The notes: a model not told the origin generated them from the letters alone. A stretch of 39,134 nt of DNA from an uncultured Deferribacteres bacterium (GCA_964014485.1 CAXHAT010000062.1:1-39134), one strand, 5' to 3'. Positions 1-8,138 are shown, counted from the first letter of the stretch. Made by a program: numbers and translations.

Positions 1-109
1 CCCCATCTGTTCATTCAGCCGTCATCATTTATGACTCGCTCACGATCCCCGCAACGAAGATTTGGAGGTGGGCCACCTCGCAATCCCCATCTGTTCATTC
101 AGCTGTCAG
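1..109 (-). CRISPR. Start of CRISPR array A, running off the left window edge; repeat about CTGACAGCTGAATGAACAGATGGGGATTGCGAG (33 nt)
   Basis: 1-24 repeats 85-108 with one mismatch. The full copy at 77-109 ends in GGGGATTGCGAG, as does array B. The 52-nt intervening segment holds a degenerate handle (39-52). Only about 1.7 repeats are visible. Confidence 0.7.
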
Positions 110-371
110 GGCGGGGATCGTAAACCTTTTCCCCACAACGACTTACGACCAGGTTTTCGAGCGGTCGGCCTGTCTTACTTACGGAACGCTCTTTTTTCAC
201 TCGCAATCCCGTCACACCCAGAACTTCATCGCGACCGCTCGCAATCCCCACGTATCGGTAACAGCCGTTTTTTCGGCAAACGGGTTGTTCTTCGGCGCTC
301 CACAGCGCCAACGCCCGCTTGCGACTTAGTTTTACCGGCTCCCCGCATACTTTGCAATCTATGTACGGCAT
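99..371 (-). CDS. Small putative Zn-binding protein (CxxC...CxxxxC); C-terminal half overlaps the CRISPR leader
   Basis: AGGAG RBS before ATG at 371; MPYIDCKVCG...PVCRKNGC. Confidence 0.4.
   Translation of the reverse strand: MPYIDCKVCGEPVKLSRKRALALWSAEEQPVCRKNGCYRYVGIASGRDEVLGVTGLRVKKERSVSKTGRPLENLVVSRCGEKVYDPRPDS
110..245 (-). promoter_or_regulatory. CRISPR leader-like sequence for array A
   Basis: Inverted repeat CGACCGCTCG (232-241) / CGAGCGGTCG (158-167), then an IHF-site-like CGTAAGTCGTTGTGGGGAAAAGGTTTACG (minus strand) next to the first repeat. This resembles type I-C/I-G-style leaders. Confidence 0.6.
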
Positions 372-436
372 GCTTTTCTCCTCTGTTGTGCTCGCTCCCC
401 AGCGGCCGAACCGGGTAGGTCTCGCTATCCCCACCT

Positions 437-697
437 TCATTCCACGATTCCTAATGCTTTCCTAATTTCACGCTGCGCATCCTTGTAACCCATGGCGTAC
501 ATCTCCGACGCCATCAGCGACACAGCTTCTTCCGGCGTGCGGACAGTCATGTCAATCACGACCCCCGACAGTTTGTGATAAATTTCGCACGGGCTTTCAT
601 CGTTCTCATTGTCCACAAAACCGAACTGTCCGATCAAGTCTAATACCTCCGCTTTCTTTTCAAGCAATTCGTCATATTCTGTTTTTATTTTTTTCAT
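437..697 (-). CDS. Hypothetical protein (86 aa) directly downstream of the dCas12f-like gene
   Basis: Starts 2 nt after the upstream stop; typical small phage ORF. Confidence 0.7.
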   Translation of the reverse strand: MKKIKTEYDELLEKKAEVLDLIGQFGFVDNENDESPCEIYHKLSGVVIDMTVRTPEEAVSLMASEMYAMGYKDAQREIRKALGIVE

Positions 698-699
698 TT

Positions 700-1923
700 T
701 TAACCTGCAATCTTTACTTTCGGCGGCGGCTCAATGCCCCAAACCTCGCGCCACTCGGATAGTTTGATGCCCACTTTAGAAAACACGATATGGTTGCACT
801 CAAGCTTCCATTTCAGATGACTCTCAAGCCGCGTCCAATCGAACGGTGCTCCCTTCGCTGACAGCCAACACGCATCACGGACGGGTGTGGTGGGCGAACG
901 ATATATCACCTTGCCGCAGTTGTTTTTGACGCACGATCTTATCACGTCCGCCACCATCATCTTCACAAATCGATCCTCCATGTCTTGCACTGCGCGGGAG
1001 TCGGGACGCAACGCGCGGTAAAACTGCTTTTTCCCCCTCCCCTTCGCCGCCGCGCCGTCTCGGTAGCGATACCGCGTCGCTTTGCGGCGAATCTCCAAAC
1101 GGCGGAAACCCTCCGCCAAGGGCAATCCGTCGCCCATCCACCAGCGCCATCGTTTGTCTTCCGCGCCGGGAAAAAAGAACGCAAACGGTCTGCGACCGTC
1201 CGGCGACGCCGGTACAATCTCCGCCACTCGCTCCGCATCCAGATTGTGGTCCTTCGTCGGGACGGGGTAGCTAAGCTGAAAAAACCACTTGCCTTTTTTG
1301 AAAACGAAAGAACTATCGCCCGCCTTATATTCCTTGCGGACTATCTTCTTTAAAATCTCTCTCTCGCCGTGCGACATCTGCCTCACTTCGAGCCGGCACA
1401 AGCCACGCATCTCTTTGCGTCCTGCCTGCTGAGAATAGATCGGGAAGCTCAGCACCGCTGAATCTTCGCCCATCCACAAATTACGCTGCGTCGCTTTTGC
1501 ATTACTGGCCAAACCGTCGTAGTAAATGCAAAAATCCTGACACGGCGCTGGCAGAAATATCGATCGGTGCGACGGTAACGAAAACTCGTTGGAAAGTATC
1601 GCCTTCCAGCGGTACTTTTCGCCGCGATGATTCCACGGCGTCTTGCCCCGCAGCCACTTCTCCACGCCGCGCTTGCATGCGCTGACGATCTTCGAGTTGA
1701 GCCGCGGGGCGGCGTCGCGTCCAGAGTTATAGATCGGTATTCCCCACGGTTTCTCCGCGAACTTGTCCGTGTCTTCGTCTTCGTGAAAACGTTGCCAGCG
1801 ACGCGCTACGGCGTTGCGGGCCACGTTGGCCATATCCGCCGCCTCTTGCAGGTCGGCGTGCAGGCGAGCGGTCGTTGTGTTGAGCGCAGCGCCGAGTTTA
1901 ATTTGTAGCGTACCTTGCGGCAT
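700..1923 (-). CDS. cas12f: Cas12f1/TnpB-family RNA-guided protein, predicted nuclease-dead and C-terminally truncated (407 aa)
   Basis: Colinear motif matches to AsCas12f1 as recalled: RLNSKIVS~RLNSGNLS; ILSNEFSLPSHR~ILRGDMSIPSYK; KKGKWFFQLSY~KNKWYLNISY; KGRGKK~GGHGRD; NCGKVIY~GCGTIQM; LESHLKWK~LQQKIIYK. RuvC-I D position is V237 (VAEIVPA) and RuvC-II E position is R342 (VIYRSP). No CxxC Zn finger or NAD/RuvC-III motif. Confidence 0.85.
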   Translation of the reverse strand: MPQGTLQIKLGAALNTTTARLHADLQEAADMANVARNAVARRWQRFHEDEDTDKFAEKPWGIPIYNSGRDAAPRLNSKIVSACKRGVEKWLRGKTPWNHRGEKYRWKAILSNEFSLPSHRSIFLPAPCQDFCIYYDGLASNAKATQRNLWMGEDSAVLSFPIYSQQAGRKEMRGLCRLEVRQMSHGEREILKKIVRKEYKAGDSSFVFKKGKWFFQLSYPVPTKDHNLDAERVAEIVPASPDGRRPFAFFFPGAEDKRWRWWMGDGLPLAEGFRRLEIRRKATRYRYRDGAAAKGRGKKQFYRALRPDSRAVQDMEDRFVKMMVADVIRSCVKNNCGKVIYRSPTTPVRDACWLSAKGAPFDWTRLESHLKWKLECNHIVFSKVGIKLSEWREVWGIEPPPKVKIAG

Positions 1924-1978
1924 ATTATCCCCCCCCGTGTTAAAGCAATGTTGCGGTCTTCTCGCCCTCGCATCCCCG

Positions 1979-2497
1979 TTAGGCCATCTGTCTCTCTACC
2001 AATTTTTCTAGTTCTGCTAGTCTTCCGCGAAGCTCCGCGTTCTCGATCTCCAGGTCGTTGATGCGCTGGATCAGCGTCTTTCGATCGGAGATGGCCGTTG
2101 TAGCTTCGTCGAGTTCCTTCTTTAGCTTCTCTGCCTCTTTCTTCCATGATGTGCGGTGTCCTTGGAGTGTTTCCTTGGACTCTTCCGCGCGGCTGTCTTC
2201 CCACTCCGCGTGCATCGCGGAAAGGTTGTAGTTCCGCTCGATCCACTGATTCTCGCTTGGGAAATGCCGATAAATATCCAGCAGCGTTCCGAGCGTCAGC
2301 AGGCCGGAGATAGCGGAGAAATACTCGCTCTCGATAGCGGCTTCGGCTGCGTCCAAATTTCCGCCGTGGACTTGAGCGATCCAATCGGTATCGCTCAGAA
2401 TCTCCGCCGCCAGCTTGACGCTGCGGTAGATGTTGCGTCGTAGATTGCGCGAAACTTCTTTGAGTTCTGCGATTTTTTGCGTTGTGGTTTTTGGCAC
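1979..2497 (-). CDS. Hypothetical protein with C-terminal coiled coil (172 aa)
   Basis: Heptad-rich C-terminus (LKKELDEA...LEIENAELRGRLAELEKL); tightly packed operon upstream of cas12f. Confidence 0.7.
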   Translation of the reverse strand: MPKTTTQKIAELKEVSRNLRRNIYRSVKLAAEILSDTDWIAQVHGGNLDAAEAAIESEYFSAISGLLTLGTLLDIYRHFPSENQWIERNYNLSAMHAEWEDSRAEESKETLQGHRTSWKKEAEKLKKELDEATTAISDRKTLIQRINDLEIENAELRGRLAELEKLVERQMA

Positions 2498-2499
2498 AA

Positions 2500-2877
2500 T
2501 TAAAACCTTTCTAATATGTTAGTCTGACAGTCATAGGGATTAAAACCGATAAACACGACTTTTTCGAAGCTGTACGTTTCTTTTAGCCACGCCGAGATCT
2601 TGTCCAGAATTTTCGGCGGCGTCCACGCGGATTGAAACTTGATCAGAATCGGCGTCCCGTCGCCGTCCAGGTCGAACGCTTTCACCCGATACGTACCCCA
2701 CTTTGTGCCCCAATTATGCATCGCCCAATCGTACCAATCATCTGTTGCCTTCACTGCTTCAGGCATAGGCAATAAGTCCCTACACGGATTCTTTTCTTCA
2801 TATTCCACATTAAATGCCTCCACATCAAACTCGTCGCCGGGCGAGCAGACAGCCATTGTGGTGTAGTGATTCGGCAT
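2500..2877 (-). CDS. DUF1281/YubB-like ferredoxin-fold protein (125 aa)
   Basis: MPNHY start after a GGAGG RBS; WYDWAMHNWGTKW and FQSAWTPP motifs. Confidence 0.75.
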   Translation of the reverse strand: MPNHYTTMAVCSPGDEFDVEAFNVEYEEKNPCRDLLPMPEAVKATDDWYDWAMHNWGTKWGTYRVKAFDLDGDGTPILIKFQSAWTPPKILDKISAWLKETYSFEKVVFIGFNPYDCQTNILERF

Positions 2878-2906
2878 ACGGTTTTGACTTCGCCTCCCCC
2901 GAAGAT

Positions 2907-2950
2907 AAAAAAACCGCGCCGCCGCGTGGGGGTAAACAACGACGGCGCGG
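2907..2950 (-). terminator. Rho-independent terminator ending the candidate tracrRNA
   Basis: GC-rich stem CCGCGCCG...CGGCGCGG followed by T7 on the minus strand. Confidence 0.8.
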
Positions 2951-3178
2951 CAATGGGGATCGACCGGGCCTTGCGCTCTGCGCCACGTCTCAAGGACGCC
3001 TGCATATCCGGTCTTCGTTTCGGTGGCCTTCTGCGAGAGTTGCCGGGCGCTTGCTACAGGGTCATGGATTCCGCAGGGGACTTTGGAATACGCACGATTG
3101 ATCCTGTCTTGCGACACCGGTACTTGCTCGCCACTCAATGGGCCTGCGAGCGGCCCAAACGCGACGTTTGCCGCGTCT
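2907..3178 (-). ncRNA. Candidate tracrRNA/scaffold for the Cas12f-like protein (~270 nt)
   Basis: Has its own promoter and terminator. Hairpin UGGGCC-GCUCGCA-GGCCCA (3139-3157) has a loop complementary to the repeat 3' end UGCGAG. GAUCCCCAU (2953-2961), just before the terminator, is complementary to repeat AUGGGGAUU. Confidence 0.7.
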
Positions 3179-3184
3179 AATCTA

Positions 3185-3212
3185 ATTGTATCAAGTGTGG
3201 CTTGTTGGGCAA
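3185..3212 (-). promoter_or_regulatory. Sigma-70-like promoter
   Basis: TTGCCC-N16-TACAAT with extended -10 TG, just after the helicase stop. Confidence 0.65.
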
Positions 3213-3227
3213 GTGTTTTTTTGAAGA

Positions 3228-4811
3228 TTATTTCTCGGGTTGCCATTCCTCTAAAATGTAAGAAATAATCTCCCGCTTCTTTTCGATCGCGCGATACAAC
3301 GAATGATCGACCGTGTTCTTCGCGACGAGCCGATAGAACACGCACGGCCTCTCCTGCCCTGGTCGCAGAATGCGAGCCAACATCTGATCGTATTTATCCA
3401 GGCGAAATCCGATGGAGTACAGCACACACAAACGGCTGCGGGTCAGGTCGATACCCTCCGCACCGCTGTCAATCTGCACGCCGCACACGTCCACTTCCGC
3501 CATGCGCCCCATATCGTCCAGGCCGTCCCTGCGCCTCCCGCTCACTTCGCCGTAGTGCAAGCCGAGTTTCCGCGCCACCATCTGCACGCTTTGCAGACAA
3601 TGCCGAAACCGACAAGCAACAACAACCGGCTCGTTGACATCCGTTAAAATGTCCGCCAGCACGGCTTCCTTGCCGCTCTCGAACTCATGGATTTTATCTG
3701 TGTCGTCCTTGATGTGCCCGCTCGTAATCTGCTGCAATCGCAACAGACGCACTAGCGCGTTCTCAGCAGTGATAACGCCGGCGGCAATCTCGGTAATTAG
3801 CTCTTCCTCAAGCTGATCGTAGAGCGTTCTCGCCTCCTTGCTCAGTTCGAACTTGCGAGTCTCGTGCATCGCTTTGGGAAGGTCGAGCACGTCGCCGGCC
3901 ATCACGCGAAATGAATATTGTTGGTAGATGCCGTTCAACTCTTCCTGATTAATCCATCGGTCCACCTTGCTCGGAAACATCTCGTTAAATACAGCATACT
4001 TACGAGAGAAGTCGCCGTAATTTGTGCCAAGGATGCCAGAATCGAGGAACCTAAATTGCCCAAACAAGTCCAGCGGGTTATTGCCCATCGGTGTGCCGGT
4101 GAGACACAGCCTACGCTTGGCCGTCAGTCCCAATCGATACGCCGCTTTCGACTGCTTACTTCCGTGCTTGCCGATGCGATGACTCTCATCGCAAACCATC
4201 AAGTCGCAGTCGCGGTTTTTCAGGCGATCAAACAACGGCTCGCGCCATGCCGACTCGTAATTCGCGACCACCGCGCATTGCGGGCCGTTCGCCTCCTCTA
4301 GAGTGGTTAGCTTGCGATCCATCGTGGATTGGTCAAGGCATACTACGTCGTAAGGCAAGGGCGAGTGTTTCTCGAACTCGCGCCGCCACACGCCGATCAC
4401 CGACTTCGGGCAGAGAATAAGCACTTGATCGGCCAGCCACGAATTGGCCAGCGCGATTGTGACGGCGCTTTTCATGGTGCCCATGTCCATCGCCAGCATG
4501 CCGGCATGCCGTTCCACCATCGAATTGAACGCGTCCACTTGATGCGGAAGCGGCGGCAGTTTCATAGGCACACGGCAGGCTTGAAAATCGCCGAAAAACT
4601 GCTTTCCTCGCAACGCGAGCAGATTAACTTCGCTGTTGACATCAAAACCTTCAACCATAATCCTTAGCGCCGTAATCGGCGTGGCCGTGCAGGTCCACTT
4701 ACAGCGGTCCTTGCGGCCTTGCCGCGCATCCGGCAGCGTGCGCAGAAATCCAGCGCGTTCGCCGGGTATGCGCGTCGTCAGAATTAACCGTCCGTCTTTT
4801 ATTTCGACCAT
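3228..4811 (-). CDS. SNF2-family (DEXH) helicase
   Basis: Q motif PHQ; Walker A-like MGTMKS; CDESH; LTGTP; GAEGIDL; QMLARILRPGQ. Confidence 0.92.
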   Translation of the reverse strand: MVEIKDGRLILTTRIPGERAGFLRTLPDARQGRKDRCKWTCTATPITALRIMVEGFDVNSEVNLLALRGKQFFGDFQACRVPMKLPPLPHQVDAFNSMVERHAGMLAMDMGTMKSAVTIALANSWLADQVLILCPKSVIGVWRREFEKHSPLPYDVVCLDQSTMDRKLTTLEEANGPQCAVVANYESAWREPLFDRLKNRDCDLMVCDESHRIGKHGSKQSKAAYRLGLTAKRRLCLTGTPMGNNPLDLFGQFRFLDSGILGTNYGDFSRKYAVFNEMFPSKVDRWINQEELNGIYQQYSFRVMAGDVLDLPKAMHETRKFELSKEARTLYDQLEEELITEIAAGVITAENALVRLLRLQQITSGHIKDDTDKIHEFESGKEAVLADILTDVNEPVVVACRFRHCLQSVQMVARKLGLHYGEVSGRRRDGLDDMGRMAEVDVCGVQIDSGAEGIDLTRSRLCVLYSIGFRLDKYDQMLARILRPGQERPCVFYRLVAKNTVDHSLYRAIEKKREIISYILEEWQPEK

Positions 4812-5143
4812 TCACATTCCCCGTATGCGCGAGCCGCAGCTACAAAACACCCGAACTCACTGCTGTAGTAACTCGCAACACTATTGACTCGAAGCGGCGA
4901 ACTCAGAAGACGATATATTTTGATTGGCAGTTCACTTTTAATGCCTGGGTTCGGATCAGAGAACCAACACCACCAACCATTAAATTTGCCGCTTTTCCAA
5001 GGTTTCTTTTCTTCACTGACGATCCAGCGCCAGCCTTCCGCCTCCGGCCGGTTGCCCCATTCTTCCAACGCGTCTGCGTAGGCGAGCATGGCCGGATAAC
5101 CCTCGTCCTCAATCAGGCGGTGATAGTCTGCGTCGGTCAGCAT
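4799..5143 (-). CDS. TIGR02996-like (Planctomycete repeat-companion) domain protein
   Basis: LAYADALEEWGNRPEAEGWRW resembles the LvYADWLeErGd...AefiR signature. Confidence 0.65.
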   Translation of the reverse strand: MLTDADYHRLIEDEGYPAMLAYADALEEWGNRPEAEGWRWIVSEEKKPWKSGKFNGWWCWFSDPNPGIKSELPIKIYRLLSSPLRVNSVASYYSSEFGCFVAAARAYGECEWSK

Positions 5144-5153
5144 ATTTTCGCTT

Positions 5154-5185
5154 AAAAAATCCCCGCCGCCACAATGGCGGCGGGG
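5154..5185 (-). terminator. Rho-independent terminator
   Basis: 11-bp perfect stem CCCCGCCGCCA/TGGCGGCGGGG followed by a T-run. Confidence 0.8.
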
Positions 5186-5219
5186 GCCGTCGCATTAACC
5201 CGGCTAACATCACCGAGTA

Positions 5220-6039
5220 TCAAGGGAATTCTCGCACTTGTATTTCACGCGGGAACTCGTTTATGTCGCCGCCTTTTTTGTCTTTAATTTTTCCACCAAC
5301 AACATTTGCGCCCAACTGCTTCACGAACACCGGCACTTTCGCCGATCGGCATTCTTCGACAATCGAGTGCGCCCACCGCACATCAAACGGGCGGGCGTTT
5401 CGGCCGCTCTCTCCACCGACAATTACCCAATCCACGGGCGGCGGGTCAGAAAAGTTAAGCGTAATTGGGCTAACCTGCGGTTCGATCGAGAGGAAAAGTT
5501 TTCTTACGAAAGGACGCAGTGCAGCAAGCCGAGGAAGCCACTCGTTAAATGTGTCTTGGTCTGAAACCGACGACCCGAGCCAAACGTTAGGGCGTCGGTT
5601 TACGCCATAACGTTCTTTTCGTATTTTTGTAACAGTCTGATGCGCTGTTGCATCTATTTTCGGCATTGGCCAAAACCGCCGCACGTTTTCCGGGCGCTTC
5701 GTTAATATCAGCCAGGCCAGCATGTAGCAATCGTCGATCAGATCAAACAGGTCTTTCCGCCACGGGATTAGCTCGTCGCGATCCTCGAAAATGTCGGCCA
5801 GCGATGCGCAAAATACGCGACGAATCTCGTTGCTTTCCCACGCCTCTTGGTTCCACTTGTGCGGCTCGCCCCACGTCTTCGTGCGGCGTCGCGTACCGTT
5901 ATCGCCCCACTCGACTGAATGGAACCGCTTGTCCATCAGTTCTTCGGCATAACAATTTTTGCAGCCCGTATGCACCTTAGTGCAACCGATCCACGGATTG
6001 AAACGTATGGTCAGTCCATTCGATTTTACTATTTCTCAT
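5220..6039 (-). pseudogene. Gp37/Gp68-family (DUF5131) radical-SAM-like protein with a 1-nt frameshift near codon 13
   Basis: MRNSKIEWTDHTF lies in one frame and NPWIGCTKVHTGCKNCYAE in another, due to an extra T at ~6001-6003. Also has VFCASLAD, LTKRP, SIEP and VGGESG motifs. Confidence 0.85.
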
Positions 6040-6269
6040 GAACTGACCCCTCCTTTCTCTTGCTGTTCGTTCGGCAGGGGTACGCCCCACCGCGCGGCGA
6101 ATTCGTCCAGCGCTTGCTCCGGTATGCGGCGGTGACTGCTCATCGGCAGTCGGCGACATTGCAAGCCATTCTTTCCGCCACTGTGCTCGTAAGCGTCGCA
6201 CCACTTGTGGATGGCCGACACCGATACTCCAAGCCGCTCTGCGGCCTGCATAGAGGTTAATTCTTTCAT
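6036..6269 (-). CDS. MerR/excisionase-like helix-turn-helix protein
   Basis: LTSMQAAERLGVSVSAIHKWC...HRRIP; GGAGG RBS. Confidence 0.8.
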   Translation of the reverse strand: MKELTSMQAAERLGVSVSAIHKWCDAYEHSGGKNGLQCRRLPMSSHRRIPEQALDEFAARWGVPLPNEQQEKGGVSS

Positions 6270-6275
6270 GCCTCC

Positions 6276-6304
6276 ATTGTAGACATGTTCTCCAAGTGCG
6301 TCAA
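6276..6304 (-). promoter_or_regulatory. Sigma-70-like promoter for the HTH/DUF5131 operon
   Basis: TTGACG-N17-TACAAT immediately downstream of a terminator. Confidence 0.75.
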
Positions 6305-6319
6305 GTGCGATAATCGCAT

Positions 6320-6354
6320 AAAAAAAAGCCCACGCGCTAAATAACGCGTGGGCT
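6320..6354 (-). terminator. Rho-independent terminator ending the early region
   Basis: AGCCCACGCG...CGCGTGGGCT stem plus T8. Confidence 0.8.
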
Positions 6355-6358
6355 AGGG

Positions 6359-6709
6359 TTATTTTTCCGAACCGGTTAGGCGGAATTTGCGCCAGCCAAT
6401 TTTTTCGAAAGTCATCACGCCGCGGGAAGGGCTGACGCCCTCCCAAACGATTTCGCCGCGCGGGTGGATTGTGATCTCTTCCCCGTCATGGACTATCGTT
6501 CGGCACCTCTCAAAAGGATATATCTGCGCGGGAGCCGTGGCGTACGGAATCGACCACGCGTAGCCTGCGGGAGTCTTCTCCACGATCCAAGGATTACCCT
6601 CGGCGTCAAACAAGCCGAGGAGAGCACCGTATTTGCGACGCCGCAAAACGTCATGGGCGTGCGTTATGCAGGCGCGATTGTCGATGTAATTTTTCAGTTT
6701 TTTAATCAT
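6359..6709 (-). CDS. Hypothetical protein
   Basis: ORF overlapping the upstream stop; start taken at MIKKLK. Confidence 0.6.
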   Translation of the reverse strand: MIKKLKNYIDNRACITHAHDVLRRRKYGALLGLFDAEGNPWIVEKTPAGYAWSIPYATAPAQIYPFERCRTIVHDGEEITIHPRGEIVWEGVSPSRGVMTFEKIGWRKFRLTGSEK

Positions 6710-7235
6710 GGAAATGCTCTCTTTCTTCGATTTCGCGGTCGAGTTCATAGTTTCCCACCCAGTGAGTGGAGTCACTGCCGTGCCGGCAGTGTTCTCCGCC
6801 CTCGCAAAGATAGCCGCGGGGACGGTCAGTTCTACGGGTCTTGCACGTGCAAAGTTGTGCGGGGACGCCGCAGGCGGAACAGATCAGGTTTGGATTGTAT
6901 CCCGTTTCAAACGGGAACATTTCCACGAACTTGTCTCGGGCCTGCATAACCTGCTCAAAGGAGGTGGCGTTCAAAATCTCGACGACCAGCCAGCGCAGGG
7001 CTGACTCGCCCATCGGCGCCTGCGAGAGAGTATCGATCATCGCGGGGGTGATGGTCGTCGCCAGAGGATCATCGGGCGGGCGAAACGCCGCCGCGGCGAT
7101 ATTCCGCACTTCCGCCGCGGGAAGCGGCTCGGTCAACAGGTGGCGGTTGGCCGACTGGAGTCTATCGCACAGGTCATCCACGCTCGAAGCGTGAATCTGC
7201 TCGGCGATTGAAAAAAGTTCTTCGTATTGGTTCAT
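6702..7235 (-). CDS. Hypothetical protein with possible PriCT-1-like helical domain and Cys-rich C-terminus
   Basis: LQSANRHLLTEPLPAAEVRNIA resembles PriCT-1; CSAC...CTC; preceded by the conserved TTGGAGG leader. Confidence 0.5.
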   Translation of the reverse strand: MNQYEELFSIAEQIHASSVDDLCDRLQSANRHLLTEPLPAAEVRNIAAAAFRPPDDPLATTITPAMIDTLSQAPMGESALRWLVVEILNATSFEQVMQARDKFVEMFPFETGYNPNLICSACGVPAQLCTCKTRRTDRPRGYLCEGGEHCRHGSDSTHWVGNYELDREIEEREHFHD

Positions 7236-7335
7236 TTTTTTCCTAATCAATCCTCCAAGTGTAAAGGTAACGAAACAGAAAGCACCCCGCCGAGTTGCGA
7301 AGCTCGGTTACGCGTCGGGGTGGCGAGCGTCGGTG

Positions 7336-7914
7336 TTACGAGATACGCTTTTGGCGCTGAGCCGCGAGCAATTTCGCGGCGCGGCTTACGTCGCTGATCT
7401 CCTCTTCGGGGGCGGGCAGGGCTTCAAAAATCGGCTCGTCGCCGAAAAGCGACTCCATAGCCTTCATCTTCTCATTCGCCTCGCGGGCGGCCTGCACGTC
7501 CTCTTGCGTGATGTCGGCGGTGATCCTCTCAATGACGGGCAGCATGGCCTTGCCAACTCTAACGTCTACGGACCGCTGCGCGATTTGGAGCGTGCGTTGG
7601 TGGGCCTGCCGGACAAGCTCGGCTGCTCGGCGCGGCAGTTCGACTTGCGATCTTACGATATCTGCCAACGCGGCTCGAAGCTGCTCACACGCCGTCTTCG
7701 TGTCGACGTCAATGCTCATCTCCTTCACCGCTTGGCGCAAAGCGGCGGCAACCGCCTCCCCGCTTTCGCCGCTAATCTGCTCGGCCAGTTGGCCGACCTC
7801 AGCCAGAGTGGCCGCCGTCTGCTCTGCGGAATTGGACGCCGCGCGGGCGAGGGCGTCAATGGCGTTGGTTTCGGCGGGTTGGGAAGCGATTTCAAACTCG
7901 TTGCGATGTGACAT
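7336..7914 (-). CDS. Hypothetical Ala-rich helical protein
   Basis: TTTGGAGA RBS before MSHRNEF. Confidence 0.7.
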   Translation of the reverse strand: MSHRNEFEIASQPAETNAIDALARAASNSAEQTAATLAEVGQLAEQISGESGEAVAAALRQAVKEMSIDVDTKTACEQLRAALADIVRSQVELPRRAAELVRQAHQRTLQIAQRSVDVRVGKAMLPVIERITADITQEDVQAAREANEKMKAMESLFGDEPIFEALPAPEEEISDVSRAAKLLAAQRQKRIS

Positions 7915-8009
7915 TTTCAAATCTCCAAAAAGTAAAGTGTAAGCCCCTGAAACGAAACAGAGCGGCGAGCCGGAGTCGAACCGGCGTGGACCAATCGCCG
8001 CTGCGCCGC

Positions 8010-8138
8010 CTACAGCAATGAAATTGCCAGGGCGGCGAACGCCACGCAGCTGCCGCATCCCTTCCAATCCCGGTCGCGGGCAGCGGACACGAAGCCTACG
8101 GAAGCGCTAACAAGCAAAAAAATGGCCAAAGTAAACAT
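8010..8138 (-). CDS. Small hydrophobic protein (42 aa), not in the ORF track
   Basis: TTTGGAGGATTG RBS; MFTLAIFLLVSASVGFVSAARDRDWKGCGSCVAFAALAISLL. Confidence 0.65.
   Translation of the reverse strand: MFTLAIFLLVSASVGFVSAARDRDWKGCGSCVAFAALAISLL

Noticed and set aside
99..371. Small Cys protein as the split-off Zn finger of Cas12f
   Set aside because: Cys spacing differs from the Cas12f pattern, there is no TSQxC or NAD motif, and another gene intervenes
700..1923. IS200/IS605 TnpB transposon or Cas12k CAST
   Set aside because: No tnpA, tnsB/tnsC/tniQ or transposon ends are visible. The motifs fit Cas12f1, and the gene is embedded in a phage operon with CRISPR repeats.
2878..3345. N-terminal extension of the 281-aa ORF
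   Set aside because: It spans a promoter and a terminator, and the family-like sequence starts at MPNHY with its own RBS
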